Source: Selaginella moellendorffii
Lineage: Eukaryota > Plantae > Lycopodiophyta
NCBI RefSeq assembly: GCF_000143415.4
Contig: NW_003314379.1
Coordinates: 406,018-470,017 of the forward strand
DNA length: 64,000 bases
Reading direction: 5' to 3'
In this document: in pieces, positions 12,231 through 23,964 of the stretch
Position numbering within the stretch: the stretch's first letter is position 1
Layout: the number at the start of each line of letters is the position of its first letter
Notes under the pieces: model-generated
Told to the model about the DNA's origin: nothing
The model's database searches: none
Seen by the model: only the letters and a program-made list of their open reading frames with translations
Program-made: the position numbers and the translations under genes

Positions 12231-13094
12231 ATAAATGGACGTACACACACAGCGTAATTATTCCTTTACACGGCGAATAATCTTGGCGCGGATCGCTGAC
12301 ATGGCATGGCAAAGTTCGAATCACTGACATGGCACAGCTGGATCGAGGCAAGGACATGATGTGACAAAGTTCAACCTCCGACAGCAAAGTCTAGAAGCTA
12401 CTCAGTTTGAAATTTGTCAGAGGAATCATAAGATCTGGTTTGTCAGAGGATTTGATGTGACGTTCAAGCGTGTGTTATTTTTGAATTCTCGAACTCATTC
12501 CTAGGTCTATCATTTTTGTGCGCCGTGTTCTTGGTTCCGCTGAGCGCAGTGAGCGCTGCTTGTGTAAGCGGCGTTGTGGGCTGTGGTTTATGCGTCTACG
12601 AGCGGTTGCGGCATTGCGAGCGCCATTGCGAGCGGCAGTTTATGCGAGTGGCAGTTTGTGCGAGTGGCGCTACGAGCAGTTGCGGTGTTGCGAGCGGCGC
12701 TACGAGTAGTTGCAGTGTTGCGAGCGGCACTGTCTTTGGTGTGGCTACCGCTTCCTCTTGATATTCGGCACTTGTGCTTCCTGGTATGTTCACCATGGAA
12801 TGGCTTAGGACCACATTTAGAAATGGCATGAGGCCACATGCCATCTTGGGCCCTTGCAATTTCATGGCTAGCGTATTGTCATGTATGTTTTTACTTGCCT
12901 GCAGCTGTGTGTATATCAAGATGGCATGAGGCCTCATGCCAATTTTGTGAATGCGAAATTTCACGTGGGTGTCAATAGCATGTTTGAATAATGGCATGTG
13001 GCCTCATGCTATTGAGGTTGTTTGGTATGTTATGATTTAGGCCATTCTCCAATCATTTTTTGTATGGTCTTAACTTCTTTTCTGCACTTTCAGA

Positions 13095-16000
13095 ATGGCC
13101 TTCAGGGTTGGGGAAAAGGTTTACATTTTGAATGGTGGGAAGAGAGTTGCAAAAGGGACCCTTGTGTCTATGGATCGGAACTTTGTTATACACTGTGAAA
13201 GGCTTGGGGAAGGCAATGCTGCTGTATCAGTAGAGACTGTCTTCGATGGGAATGTGGTCGCTATTGAACGAGGAGAGATGGTCGTCGGGGTAAATGTTGT
13301 TGTTGCCTTGAAAAATCTTCAGAAGAAAGCAGATGTTGGGGACAGCGCAAGTGCGACGCATGTTCCCTCCGTGGATCTTAAGAACCGTGCTACATGGATT
13401 TAGGCAAAAGTGTTTCTAAACAACCCCGAGGGGGAGGTGGTAGCTGAGGGCTTAGCCACAGTTGTCGATCCAAGAGATGCGGTTGCTAATCAAGAATTGG
13501 GCTGGGATGATATTGGAGTTGCGATTTTAAAGGTTGTTGACACAGAAGAAAACAGTCTGACTATTGGAAGCATTGTGCGGTGGAAATTGAGGCACTTAGT
13601 GTTTGAGAATGTGAAGGATTCACAATCAAACACCACTACAACTGATGATAGAACATCTCTTCATGGGAAAAGAAAGTACACCTTCCTAAAGCGCAGCCAA
13701 AGGGATCTGAGCAACGAACCGAAAAGGCAGAAAATGGCGATGGAGGTTCGAATGGTCTCGACAGTTGCTTGTTGCAAGAGGAGGTGCTGTCAACATGCTG
13801 ATTGGGATGCTATTGAAGAGGAGAGAGCAAGATACAAGACATTGTCCTGGAAGGCAGCTCGCAATTTTGTGTATGAGGCATTACGGTCATCTGTTGATGC
13901 TTCAGAACATCAGGTGGGGGGCATGGTCTTCCAGAGGGGTTTGGTCTGCATGAAGGCATGGAGAATCATTTATGGAGTCCCTCGAAGCACATTCTACAGA
14001 ATCAAAACTGAGTTCGAGGAACAAAGGGTTCAACAGGCAGTCCATGGGAACGACGGTACGCACAAAACCAGGGGTCATGTTGTATATGGAGAGGCAATCT
14101 TCAAGAGGTTTGTCGAGACATGTAGCGAGCAGCAACCACATAAAACCCGGCTCTTGGAAGATGGAACACGAGACACCCAACGAGTTCTCCCTTCCATGTA
14201 TACCAAGGGGGCCATATTGGAAGATGTGAATCGGGAACTCCAGAGTAATGGCTACAGGAAGCTGAGCCAATCTAGATTTAGTAGATTGTGGAGCAACAGG
14301 TTCAGGGATGTGAGTATAGGAAAGTACTCCAGCTTTTCAAAGTGTGACGAGTGCACTGCTATCAAAATGGCTTTGTCGAAGAATTCTTGCAGCGCTCAAG
14401 AGCGAGAGACGTTGGTTAGAAGGCGGCTCGACCACAACATCGAGCAGAGAAGCTGCAGGACTGCATATTATCATAACAGGATTCTCTCCATGGAGAGACC
14501 TGACTCTTACCTCTACATCATCCACGACAAAATGGACCAGAAAAAGACGTGCTTACCTCGACTCAATCCTGCCCCCAAGGCAATCTCTTCATCCATGCAG
14601 CTGCCTGTGTCTCTGTTTGGCATAATCGCTCATGGGCATGGTGCCCAGAACTATGGGAACTTCTTTGTACCTCTATGGGGTGGCGGGGGTGCAAACATGA
14701 TGATTGCGTCCCTAGCAAAACACTTAAGGTCTCTGCAAAGTGCGCAGACTGAGCTGAACGGCCAACCCTTGCATAAGGCCCTTGTCGATCGAACCCCATA
14801 CAGGGTTCAGCTGGAGGAGGAGCAAAGGCTTGCAGTATCGCGTGGGGCCCCATGCCATCCCAGTGAATATGTTGGCCGTCAGATTGTAGGGTTATCACGT
14901 GAGGCCTCATGCCATTCCGACGAGGCTGGTCGCCCGGTGAATGCACAGCCTCATCCAAACGAAGCAGAATCTCAAGGAAGTTCTTGCGGCTGATGTGGCC
15001 TTCCACCCCATCTTCTGCTCCAAACAGACAATGCTGGCAGTGAGAACAAAAACATGTACGTCTTCGCGTACTTGGCGATGCTTGTTGCCAAAGGCATATT
15101 TGAAACGGTTACACTTGGCTTTCTCATGGTTGGGCACACTCATGAAGACGTCGATGCCATGTTCAGTCACCTGGCAGAGTCCCTCCGGCGATCCAATGTC
15201 CTCACCCTCCCACAACTCTACGATGAATTCCAAAATTGCATCAAAGGCACTGTTGAAGCTGCACTTCTGACAGAGGTTCCAGACTTTAAGGGGTTTGTAA
15301 GAGGCTACATCAGGGATGGATCCGAAACGCTGATTGGCCACTCCAAGCCTCTTCAGTTTCATTTCAGCATGTGTGACGGTGCTCCAGTGATGAGGTACAA
15401 GATGAGAGAATGGGACACAGTGTGGCTGCCAGTGGACGGCATTGAACTCTTCAAGAGAGATCCCATAACTGGGGAACCTATGATTCCTCAGGGTTCCCCA
15501 CGGCCGATGCACCCGGATGGACTCAAAGACCAGGAAAGTATAGTGGCCGGGATTAGACAGCATATTGCCTTCTGGAAGAGGGGGTTGGTGTTTGGTGGAG
15601 AATCCTATTTTCAGAGGTGCAAGCCTTTGCTCGAATACTGGGAGAAGATTATATCTGCTATCCAAAATGGGCCGGTTGTATATGAAGAATTGGAAGAGTC
15701 CTTTTGGCCAGAACCCAGAGCACCAGATAGTAGCGGAACAATGTCCTCTGGAAATGCAGTGACAGATAACGATGTTGAGGATCACTATTGTGGGCCGAGG
15801 AACAAGAAGCCGGATTCAGCATTCAATCCAGTACAGGTCTGCAAAGGAATGGTCGTGCTTGTCAGACCCAGTAATAAAAAACAAATGATATGGGTGGGGC
15901 GCTGCATCACTGATGCAGAGGAGGACGCGGAAACTAACTCCTTCAATGTAACTGTGGAGTGGTTCAAGCCAAGTTCCGGATATACGAAGGATTGCCTAGA

Positions 16001-16163
16001 AAAGAGATGGGTGCTGAATCCAAGGGATCCCAGCATGAGCATATCGGTGGATAATGTTGTGCATGGTTGGATGCGGAAGCAGAGTGCCACCATCACCTTG
16101 CCAGACCATGCAAGAGATGCAGCAAGAGCATTCATAACTCGGGTTCAAGGTGAGATTCATTAA
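13095..16163 (+). pseudogene. Sola-like DDD transposase of element C (~1020 codons, two in-frame stops)
   Basis: ORFs 13095-13403, 13410-14993 and 15054-16163 share one frame, interrupted by TAG 13401 and TGA 14991. Motifs FSKCDEC, IIHDKMDQKKT.LP, LLLQTDNAGSENKN, FLMVGHTHEDVDAMFS. Confidence 0.85.
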
Positions 16164-16349
16164 TATTCCTTTACAAAGTTTCTAATGTATTTTTTTTCAA
16201 GGTGAACAATCTGAATCTGAATCAGAGGAGGCTTGATATAGTGTGTGAGGTAAAACAAAGATGATGTGACATATGCATTTACCAATCACACGTGCATAAA
16301 TCTAATAATATGGCGTGTGGCCCATATTAATGGCACATAAACCCATATT

Positions 16350-16709
16350 GTGGGCTTACGTGCTTTATGTACCATCATTCCCTTGCAGCGTGTGTGTTGG
16401 TTTCCTTTTATAACACAACGAACTCCATATTTTAGGGTGAAGAGCGTTCTCATGGCAAGCACAAAATCTGTAAGTGAGGCAGAAAAGGAGACGGAGAAGG
16501 AGATAGGTGAAGATGTAGAATATATAAGTCTTCCAAACTCCCCGTACTATACTCCAGGTGATCATTTTTCTGAACAAATGGCAACATTAACAACTATCGA
16601 GAACGCCCCAGTAACGTCAGAGACAACAATCCAAAGCAAAACAACTGACCCGGAGAAGGATGATAGTACTGCCGAGAGTACCAAAAAGGAGGTGTCCACT
16701 AGCGCTTAG
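16350..16709 (+). CDS. Small SPYYTPG-motif cargo ORF of element C (likely start at ATG ~16452)
   Basis: EYISLPNSPYYTPG...ENAPVTSETTIQSK...STAESTKK is clearly similar to ORFs 22466-22780 and 54447-54761. Confidence 0.65.
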   Translation: MGLRALCTIIPLQRVCWFPFITQRTPYFRVKSVLMASTKSVSEAEKETEKEIGEDVEYISLPNSPYYTPGDHFSEQMATLTTIENAPVTSETTIQSKTTDPEKDDSTAESTKKEVSTSA

Positions 16710-17563
16710 GCTTATAATGGCGTGTGCCCTCATGCCATTTACTTGATCACCAAATACCTTTTTCCCTTTGCACTAGTATATCTTAATACCGGTCTGAGAA
16801 ATAGAATGGCATGTGCCCTCAGGCCTTTTACTAAATCACCTTTGAAAGAAATGCAAGCCTCTATGTCGTAAAAAAAAGGTACTAGAGAAATTCCTTAATA
16901 ATATGAATGTTATTTAGTTTCATGAAAATACACTAAGGGTCAAATGAGTTAAATGACTTCTCCAGACTAGCAATGCCTCTTGCTACACCTTCACAATTAG
17001 ATTCGTTAGAAAAAGATAACATTGAATAATATCTAAATGTTCTCACCATTAAGTTATATGTCTGGCTAATAGGAATGATGTTCATCTTGGAAAGCTCACC
17101 ACACGCTCAATGAACAAACAAATAGTGTGTGCGCGCATGCCATCGCTCTTCTTTAGCTTCAGATTCGGCTTGTTCACCTTGACAATGAGATTTATTATAC
17201 AACTAGATGGACTCAGTCTGGACATAAGGTCACCGCGCTAGTCACCATGCCCCAGATATGTCTAGCCCCTGGACAAAAAACATATAATTTCACGTCATTT
17301 TCAAATACTTGAAAATTTGTACCTAGTCCCATTTTACTGAATAAATCCCACTTTAACGAAATAGAGCTTTAGTATTATTTGCCAAGTATGGTTTTGCACA
17401 TGGGACCCTTTTTGAGCTCAGTAACTACAATACTCAGAAGTAATCCTCTATATCATAAAATTAATCCTCCACCACTTTATAGTTATTCATTCCCTTGAAA
17501 ACTGATAGGGGCTTTGGTTTGTACTAGGGAATTATTTGAAGGATTGATTCCACTTAGGTTTGC

Positions 17564-17935
17564 TTGACCCTGACTTCAAGACAAAAGCAATCAATCTTCT
17601 CGACAGGTACAAAGATATTTTTGCTTGATCAAATACAGATTTGCGAGGAATTCCTCCCGAAATCTACATGCACCGAATCGCTACCTCAAATTATACCAAG
17701 AAAGCAAGTAGCCTATCGAATAAACCCTAACATGCAAATGAAAGTTAAAGAAGAACTTGACAAGCTTGAGAATGCCGGCTTCATCTACCTAATTCAAAAC
17801 CTGAAATGGCTATCACCACTTGTCATTATTCTCAAGAAAAATGGCAAACTCAAAGTCTACGTCAACTACAAAAGGCTCAATAATGCAACCCAAAAAAACA
17901 CCTTCCCAATTCTACTGGCTACTATAGAGACTTGA
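17564..17935 (+). pseudogene. Ty3/gypsy pol fragment (RT N-terminus)
   Basis: YRINPNMQMKVKEELDKLENAGFI...WLSPLVII.KKNGKLKVYVNYKRLNNAT. Confidence 0.85.
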
Positions 17936-18096
17936 ACTCAACACTGTAGAGCAAAGGGCAAAACCCTAACTCTAGCATTTGCGGCTATATCTCCAAGCAC
18001 CGAGATCAGGATCTACAACACCGAAATCAAGCTATAGGCCTCTACGAGGTCTCCTACATCATAGAGAAAGAGTACAAGATTGACATTGCAAAGAAA

Positions 18097-19002
18097 ATGC
18101 TTCCAGCTTTTCGAGAAGAAATGGTGTGTGCCCAAGAACTCAAATATATTTTCACCATGGGCTACATTGCAGGGGTAGTCAAGCTTCCAAACAACAGAAA
18201 GCAAGTCACATCCATGTTGCAAACAAAAGGGATGCCACCGGGATGCATCAAGATCATTGAGAATTACAACTCCAGAAGCTCACTTCAAGTGAGTAACATC
18301 ACCGATGAAGTGAAGCCAATGCTCAAGTTTCTCATCTCAACTCCCGAGATGTGCAAGTCAAGTAGCTCCACCAGCAAAGCCATTGCAATCCTCTATGACG
18401 ACTTGCAACACAAAATCAAAGTGGACATCACAAGTTACCTCCACAAAAAACTCATTAAGGAAATCCACTTGGCAACAAAACTGATCCATAGCAGCCAAAA
18501 ATGTGAAACACTTGCATTCCCCTATGTGGCTGCACTTGTGTCAGCTCTTGACTCGGCATTTCCACTCAGCGTGAAAGTACCTCCGACAACACCACAAACT
18601 AGAAGAAAGTGGGAATGCAAATCGAAGAGAAGAGAGGATCTGCTCCATATATCCGAAGAAGAAGACGAAGAGGAGGAAGAACAAGAGGACAAAAAAGAGC
18701 TTTTGCCACTGACAATGACTCCACCAGCAAAAAGAACCAAGATGACAACAGGTTCACCCCCAAAGAACAGGACAACCACAAACCAAATCGAAAGCATCAT
18801 CTCCAAGGAAGAATTGGAGGAAAAGAGTCAGGAACAAAACCAAGAAATCAATCTTGACTCCATAACCACCCCAACCAATAGTGTAGCAGTTCACACCAAG
18901 AAAGAAGGGCGAGCATCCCCACCTGCAAAAGCACCAGTTGACAACAGCACTATGCCTCAGCACCGAGAGCACCACAGCAAGGAGCGTCCAGACCAGGAAT
19001 GA
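18097..19002 (+). CDS. Hypothetical protein, probably a retroelement accessory ORF
   Basis: 301-aa ORF with an acidic/low-complexity tail, just after the gypsy fragment; polypurine-tract-like AGGGGGAGAG near 19711. No family recognised. Confidence 0.35.
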   Translation: MLPAFREEMVCAQELKYIFTMGYIAGVVKLPNNRKQVTSMLQTKGMPPGCIKIIENYNSRSSLQVSNITDEVKPMLKFLISTPEMCKSSSSTSKAIAILYDDLQHKIKVDITSYLHKKLIKEIHLATKLIHSSQKCETLAFPYVAALVSALDSAFPLSVKVPPTTPQTRRKWECKSKRREDLLHISEEEDEEEEEQEDKKELLPLTMTPPAKRTKMTTGSPPKNRTTTNQIESIISKEELEEKSQEQNQEINLDSITTPTNSVAVHTKKEGRASPPAKAPVDNSTMPQHREHHSKERPDQE

Positions 19003-21373
19003 TGCAGGGAGCCAAAGCAAGAGCAACAATGCGAACTAGAGCTGCCACACAGGCTGCTCAGCTCGGTGTTCCTTCAGTTTGTTGATGAAGTCCAACGCCT
19101 CCAACCAACGCCACAGATGCCAATCCTGCCGGACTTCGCATGATAGTTCCATGACGAATAGATGAGCATCTTTCTACACAATGGAGTATAGGCCATAATC
19201 AACGTAGTTGTCTTCCAGCCCCTAGATGCAAAGCTCAACAAGATCCAGAGCGACATCCAGCAGCTCAAAAGGAGCATTTGAGGTATGTCCTTCCAAGGGA
19301 CAGTATGTGCGGAGACACAATGCATCAATGATGAGCTCGCTAAAGAAAATGTAGACCTCCACAGTGAGGTCCCCATTTTGATGGCAAAGCAGCCTGCAGT
19401 AATGGAAGACGACAATGAAAGCAAACACGATGAGGAGAATGACGATGATGAAGAGTTCCATTAGCGACTCAACAAATTCCAAGTCAAACTCGCAGGAAAT
19501 TCAATGCCAACAAAGCCAACCAATGCAATGGAGTAGTAGGGGCTTCAAGACGAAGCTTTGTTTAGTTGTGGGAGAGTGAAGTATATCAAATTAAGCATGC
19601 ATTTGAGCATTTTTTTGACATTCAAGATTATGACCTTAACACTCAAGGTTACAATCTTGATAGTTAGAACTCAGGAAGAAATGGCAACTACCACCATGTA
19701 GGAGTAGTTAAGGGGGAGAGTTAACACTTGATCCTTATCCTTATCTTTGTTGTATTCCAACTTATCACCAATGCACATCTATTTGCTCAAGACTCGGAGT
19801 ATACTAGTGATGTCAAGTTTATCCTTACTCACGATCACTCGCATGATCCTTCTTGGGGATTGAAGGTCTCAAGTTAGTTTTTAATTAACTCATGTGTTTG
19901 GTAGCTTGTTCCAAGGGGAGGATTACTACACAAATGCAAGATCAATGACAACAAAAGCCCTTTGTCATTCTGCAACCACAACAGTAATCTGGTGCAGCTA
20001 GTCGCAATCCCAAGCCAAACCACACCAAAGATTTTCTCCTAGTTTTCAAACATCATTAATAGCATATAAAAGACCATTATCAAAGAGCATAAAGTTTGTG
20101 CTCTTGAATAGTTGCCTTCTGACAAAAGCATTCCTAGAGTTTTTATTAGAGGCTTTCTTTGGCCAACTGTGAAGGCAATGTATCCACCCCTTATGCACTA
20201 ATGTGTGACTTTCAAGTACTCTAGGCTTATCATAGATGCTTGATATAAGTTTTATCAAATAGTGAGTTCTGCTTCTATGCTTCTGACACTAGGCCTTCAC
20301 AATGATATTCAGGAGACTCTTCTAGTTTTCTCTCCATCCATTTCCAACAAGTTTGGACGTGCTGCATGAGAGTTTTGAGCTTGCAAAGCTTAGGATCCTG
20401 CAAGGTGGCATTTTCAAGATTCCAGCATGTTTTTCCTACTTTGACTTGGAGCAGTGACTCTTTTCAACCACACTCAGCTCTGGACCATGGCCATCCACAC
20501 CTGTAGCAGTCAATCAGAGCACCTCATTCTTTTAACAACTTCACAGCAATGAAAGTGGTGGACGTGAGCACTCTACAGCTTTTTCACAACTTTAGTACCT
20601 TTTCAGCAGGACTCTTGGATATAAGAGATTTTTTTGGCACTCTTGGACACAGCATGATAGGGGGAGCATGGCTTCCTCAACTTTGAGCTTTCCACTTGCC
20701 TTCTGGTGCAATTTTCACTTTGTACGACCTAGACTTCTATAGGCAATCCAGGATGACCACAGGTTGTCATCAGCACCTTCCTCTATCATTCATGACTACT
20801 CAATTGCAACATCATGGCTTTTGGGACAGTGGTGCATGTTTTAGGCTTTGACATCCACAACGACTTGGCTGTCCACCCTGCTAAATGATGTCCTGCAATT
20901 TACCTAGCTCCACCTTCACGTATAGCTGCACCATTGGCAAATCCTTTGTATCCATTCCAAAGCTCACTTATTGAATCCCATTTTAAAGAAGAGTTGTAGA
21001 ATAAAACAAAAACCTAAATGGTATTTGGAAGACATCTGAAGTTTCTGTTAAAGTGAAAGAGTGTATGCTAGACAGTGTTAGTTTTTTTCATCCCACTTTA
21101 ATCTGGACAAAATAAACCATCAATCAATGTGCTTGAAAGCACTAAACCAAGATGTCCCGCATATACTTGAAGCTAAGCCCAGGCCTCCTTTTGTTTCTTG
21201 CAAAAAACTCCAATAAACATCAGCATCCTGGAGTGACACAAACACAATGCTCTGCTGCTTCCCTACAAGCCACCTCAGCACATTGTAATGCCCCCTAAAA
21301 CCATCTTTTTAGGACATGCCTTTATTGGGCATTTGCTGCAAACACGACATCCATGTAAAGAACTTTCCTTTAG

Positions 21374-22175
21374 CTAGTAGCTGATCCAGGATCCATCAAG
21401 CTTGAAGAACTTCGAGTTGGAATGATGGATATGGATTGCTGCTGAAAGGCACGCTGTGTCTTCCAAGCCACCATCGTTGGGAACTTGGATCACTTTCATG
21501 ACCTTGCAATCCTCCTTGACTGCCCAGATGTTCTTCTGGCAGCTCACACCACAGAACCCAAACTTGCTATTGCTGGAAGAAGCGTTTGTCAGTTGGAGTG
21601 CCTCCCATGAGTTGTTGCCACTGTCATATCTCTGCAACAACGATCTGGTTATGTCGGCATCATACATCTGGTTGGCATGTACAATACAACAGCACCCATG
21701 CAATCTAGTCATGTCCACCACTTCCCAGGAATGGTCTTCTGCTGAGAAAACAAGTGTCTCTCCATTACCAGCATGTTCTTGTTACCATCCATGATGAGAG
21801 CATTGTGAAAGGCCATGGTCCCATGCGGTGACAATGGTAGGAGAGGATACCATTGGTCCTCCAGCAGATTGTAGGAGAGGATACCATTGGTCCTCCAGCA
21901 GATTGTATGCATTAGCGTCCTGTTTCTCCCACTCACGGTTGCCACCAACCCCCCATAGCTGCGGATGCAAAGAAGAATTGAGGACACAGCATTGGTGCTG
22001 TGGTGCTCCATTGATTCGTGTGTGAATCTAAGATGCTCAGTGATTTACTGTGGCCCCATCCTCCAATAAGATAGAGTTTGCTGCCAAGGGCCTTGCAATC
22101 AAATCCTCCAATGTCGTTGAAGTCTTGTGGTGGAGGAGGAAGAACCACCCACACTTTCTTTGAGCTACTGGGATT
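21374..22175 (-). pseudogene. F-box/kelch pseudogene, 3' part (interrupted by element A)
   Basis: High identity to 907-1908 (LQRYDSGNNSWEALQLTNASS, GFDCKALGSKLYL) with frameshifts and a short internal duplication at ~21840-21905. Confidence 0.9.
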
Positions 22176-22465
22176 GGGGATGGTCTAAAGTTGAGTTGAG
22201 CTCACGAGTTGAGCTCAATTCAACACAAGTTAACTCAAGTTAATATAGTCAATAAGAAGTATTACAAAGGAAATCTAAATTGAACAAATGAAGGTTCTAG
22301 CAAACTTTAAAATATTAAAAAACATAAATATCTGAGTTAAAAGTTTCTATAAAATTGAAATGTTTAAAAAAGACAAAGTTCATGAGAATCTATCTTTTAT
22401 AAAACTATATTATTTTATTATGACAACTGTTATAGCTGTCATATTTGATTTGACTACTTAATATT

Positions 22466-22780
22466 TTGAATACTTTTACAGCTATAGATGTTATTCCTTC
22501 ATTCAAAAGATTTTTTAGAGTTCTTGAGAAGATGGGAAGCAAGGAAAATACAAGATCTGTGAGTAAGAGTTGTAGTGCAAAAGAATGTGAGAATGCTAAT
22601 TTTGTTTCAGTGCCACAATCTCCATATTACACTCCTGGTCTTTATTACCCATTTGGGAATGTGGAGACCACTATCACGATTGATAAAAATGCCCCTATTA
22701 CTTCTAAAACAACAGTCCAGAGCAAGAGAAAGGAAGAAATGAACAGCACGTTGGAAAGCACCAAGAAATCTACTCCATAA
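22466..22780 (+). CDS. Small SPYYTPG-motif cargo ORF (element A)
   Basis: FVSVPQSPYYTPG...NAPITSKTTVQSK; open in both A and B. Confidence 0.6.
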   Translation: MNTFTAIDVIPSFKRFFRVLEKMGSKENTRSVSKSCSAKECENANFVSVPQSPYYTPGLYYPFGNVETTITIDKNAPITSKTTVQSKRKEEMNSTLESTKKSTP

Positions 22781-23370
22781 AACTTTCCATAACATTTGTA
22801 ATTTACATATTAATTCATATAAAAAACTTTGTTGCCTGCTTATATCGCAATCCTCTCATATGATAAGACCAAGGTATATTTTGCAATGAATCCTCATTAA
22901 AAGATTTTGGGAATTGTTTGTAAATAATAATAAAAGAAATCAAAATCTTTCGAAAGACTCAAAAGTAATATCATATTAAAGAATCAACTTTTTCTACATT
23001 TCCAAGACTGAAAGGCAATCTCAGATGAGAGAATGGTAGCGTGCCAACATGCTCTACCACTATAATGTGGTCTATATTTCCTTGTAGTTTATTTCCCTAG
23101 ACATTTGGCATGTGTAGAAAAGAATATATGTGTAGCAAAGTAGGATTCATCATAATGATAGAGCATGTGTATGCACGATAATCTAAAATTTTAGAAGCTC
23201 TTATGTTTACAAGAAAGCTATGATTATAAAGCCCCATTTCCAAGACTGACATTTAAAGAATCTAAATATTGTGAGTGTCATAATAAATAAACCTCATTCC
23301 CAAGACTAAAACTGAGTATATAAACTATCTAGAAAAGCTGTAGTCATCGTAGATTTTTTGTTCTCCTTAA

Positions 23371-23963
23371 TGTAAACAACCAAAGGGAACGACTTGAGAG
23401 ACGGTCCATGGGGTTCAAATATAGAGGGAAAGGGCCCATGAATAAAAGTGCACCCCCTTTTCCAATCGGTTAAGGGTTTTGGGATATTTGGAGTTAAGTG
23501 TCCTTGGGTTTGAATAGTACTGAGTTGGGTGACCTCCCGGGAAGTCCAAACTCAGGAGTTTACTTTTGGTATCAGAGAGGTCTCGGGTCCGACTCTGTTG
23601 GTTGGCTAGGGGAATCACATCACATGTTGATTGACATCTGGCTGGTCCAGTTTGCTCCCGCTGGGCTCAACCCGAGGGGTAGGGTGTCAAGAGAGCATGG
23701 CTCTCGGGAGAGCTGCGGCTCTCAGCTTTCGTTCACGAGGGCGTGAACTTGCAAGGAAGCGTGGTGAATTGTAAGCAACCAAAGGGAACGATTTGAAAGA
23801 CGGTCCATGGGGTTCAAATATAGAGGGAAAGGGCCCATGAATAAGAGTGCACCCTCTTTTCCAATCGGTTAAAGGTTTTGGGATATTTGGAGTTAAGCGT
23901 CCTTGGGTTTGAATAGTACTGGGCTGGGTGACCTCCCGGGAAGTCCAAACTCAGGAGCTTACT
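23371..23963 (+). mobile_element. Cassandra-type TRIM with 5S rRNA-derived LTRs
   Basis: 194-bp LTRs 23371-23564 and 23770-23963 containing 5S-like AGTTAAGCGT...AGTACTGGGCTGGGTGACCTCCCGGGAAGTCC; PBS TGGTATCAGAG (tRNA-Met); TSD CTTAA/CTTGA; element B has the empty site. Confidence 0.92.
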
Positions 23964-23964
23964 C

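Larger units (their letters stand above)
4256..17143. repeat. Dispersed 22-bp palindromic motif ATGGCRTGNGGCCNCAYGCCAT (about 26 copies, some degenerate), seen only in element C
   Basis: Copies start at about 4256, 4537, 5614, 5689, 6916, 7107, 7248, 8720, 9997, 10057, 10134, 10899, 11034, 11193, 11272, 12136, 12208, 12823, 12921, 12991, 14837, 14894, 16310, 16717, 16806, 17122. Confidence 0.93.
4163..17368 (+). mobile_element. Element C: 13.2-kb Sola-like DNA transposon with cargo genes
   Basis: Perfect 23-bp TIR AGCTCTATTTCGTTAAAGTGGGA (4163-4185 and 17346-17368). Flanked by TTAGTA (4157-4162, 17369-17374); alternatively a 4-bp TAGT TSD if the TIR is extended by one A. Contains a DDD-type transposase. 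Confidence 0.9.

Noticed and set aside
12516-12997. Overlapping ORFs ahead of the transposase (also 10177-10617, 28540-29392, 48508-49213)
   Set aside because: Produced by GC-rich repeats and the palindromic motif; no protein signal.
23490-23550. 5S rRNA gene
   Set aside because: Only the internal promoter part is present, inside Cassandra LTRs.
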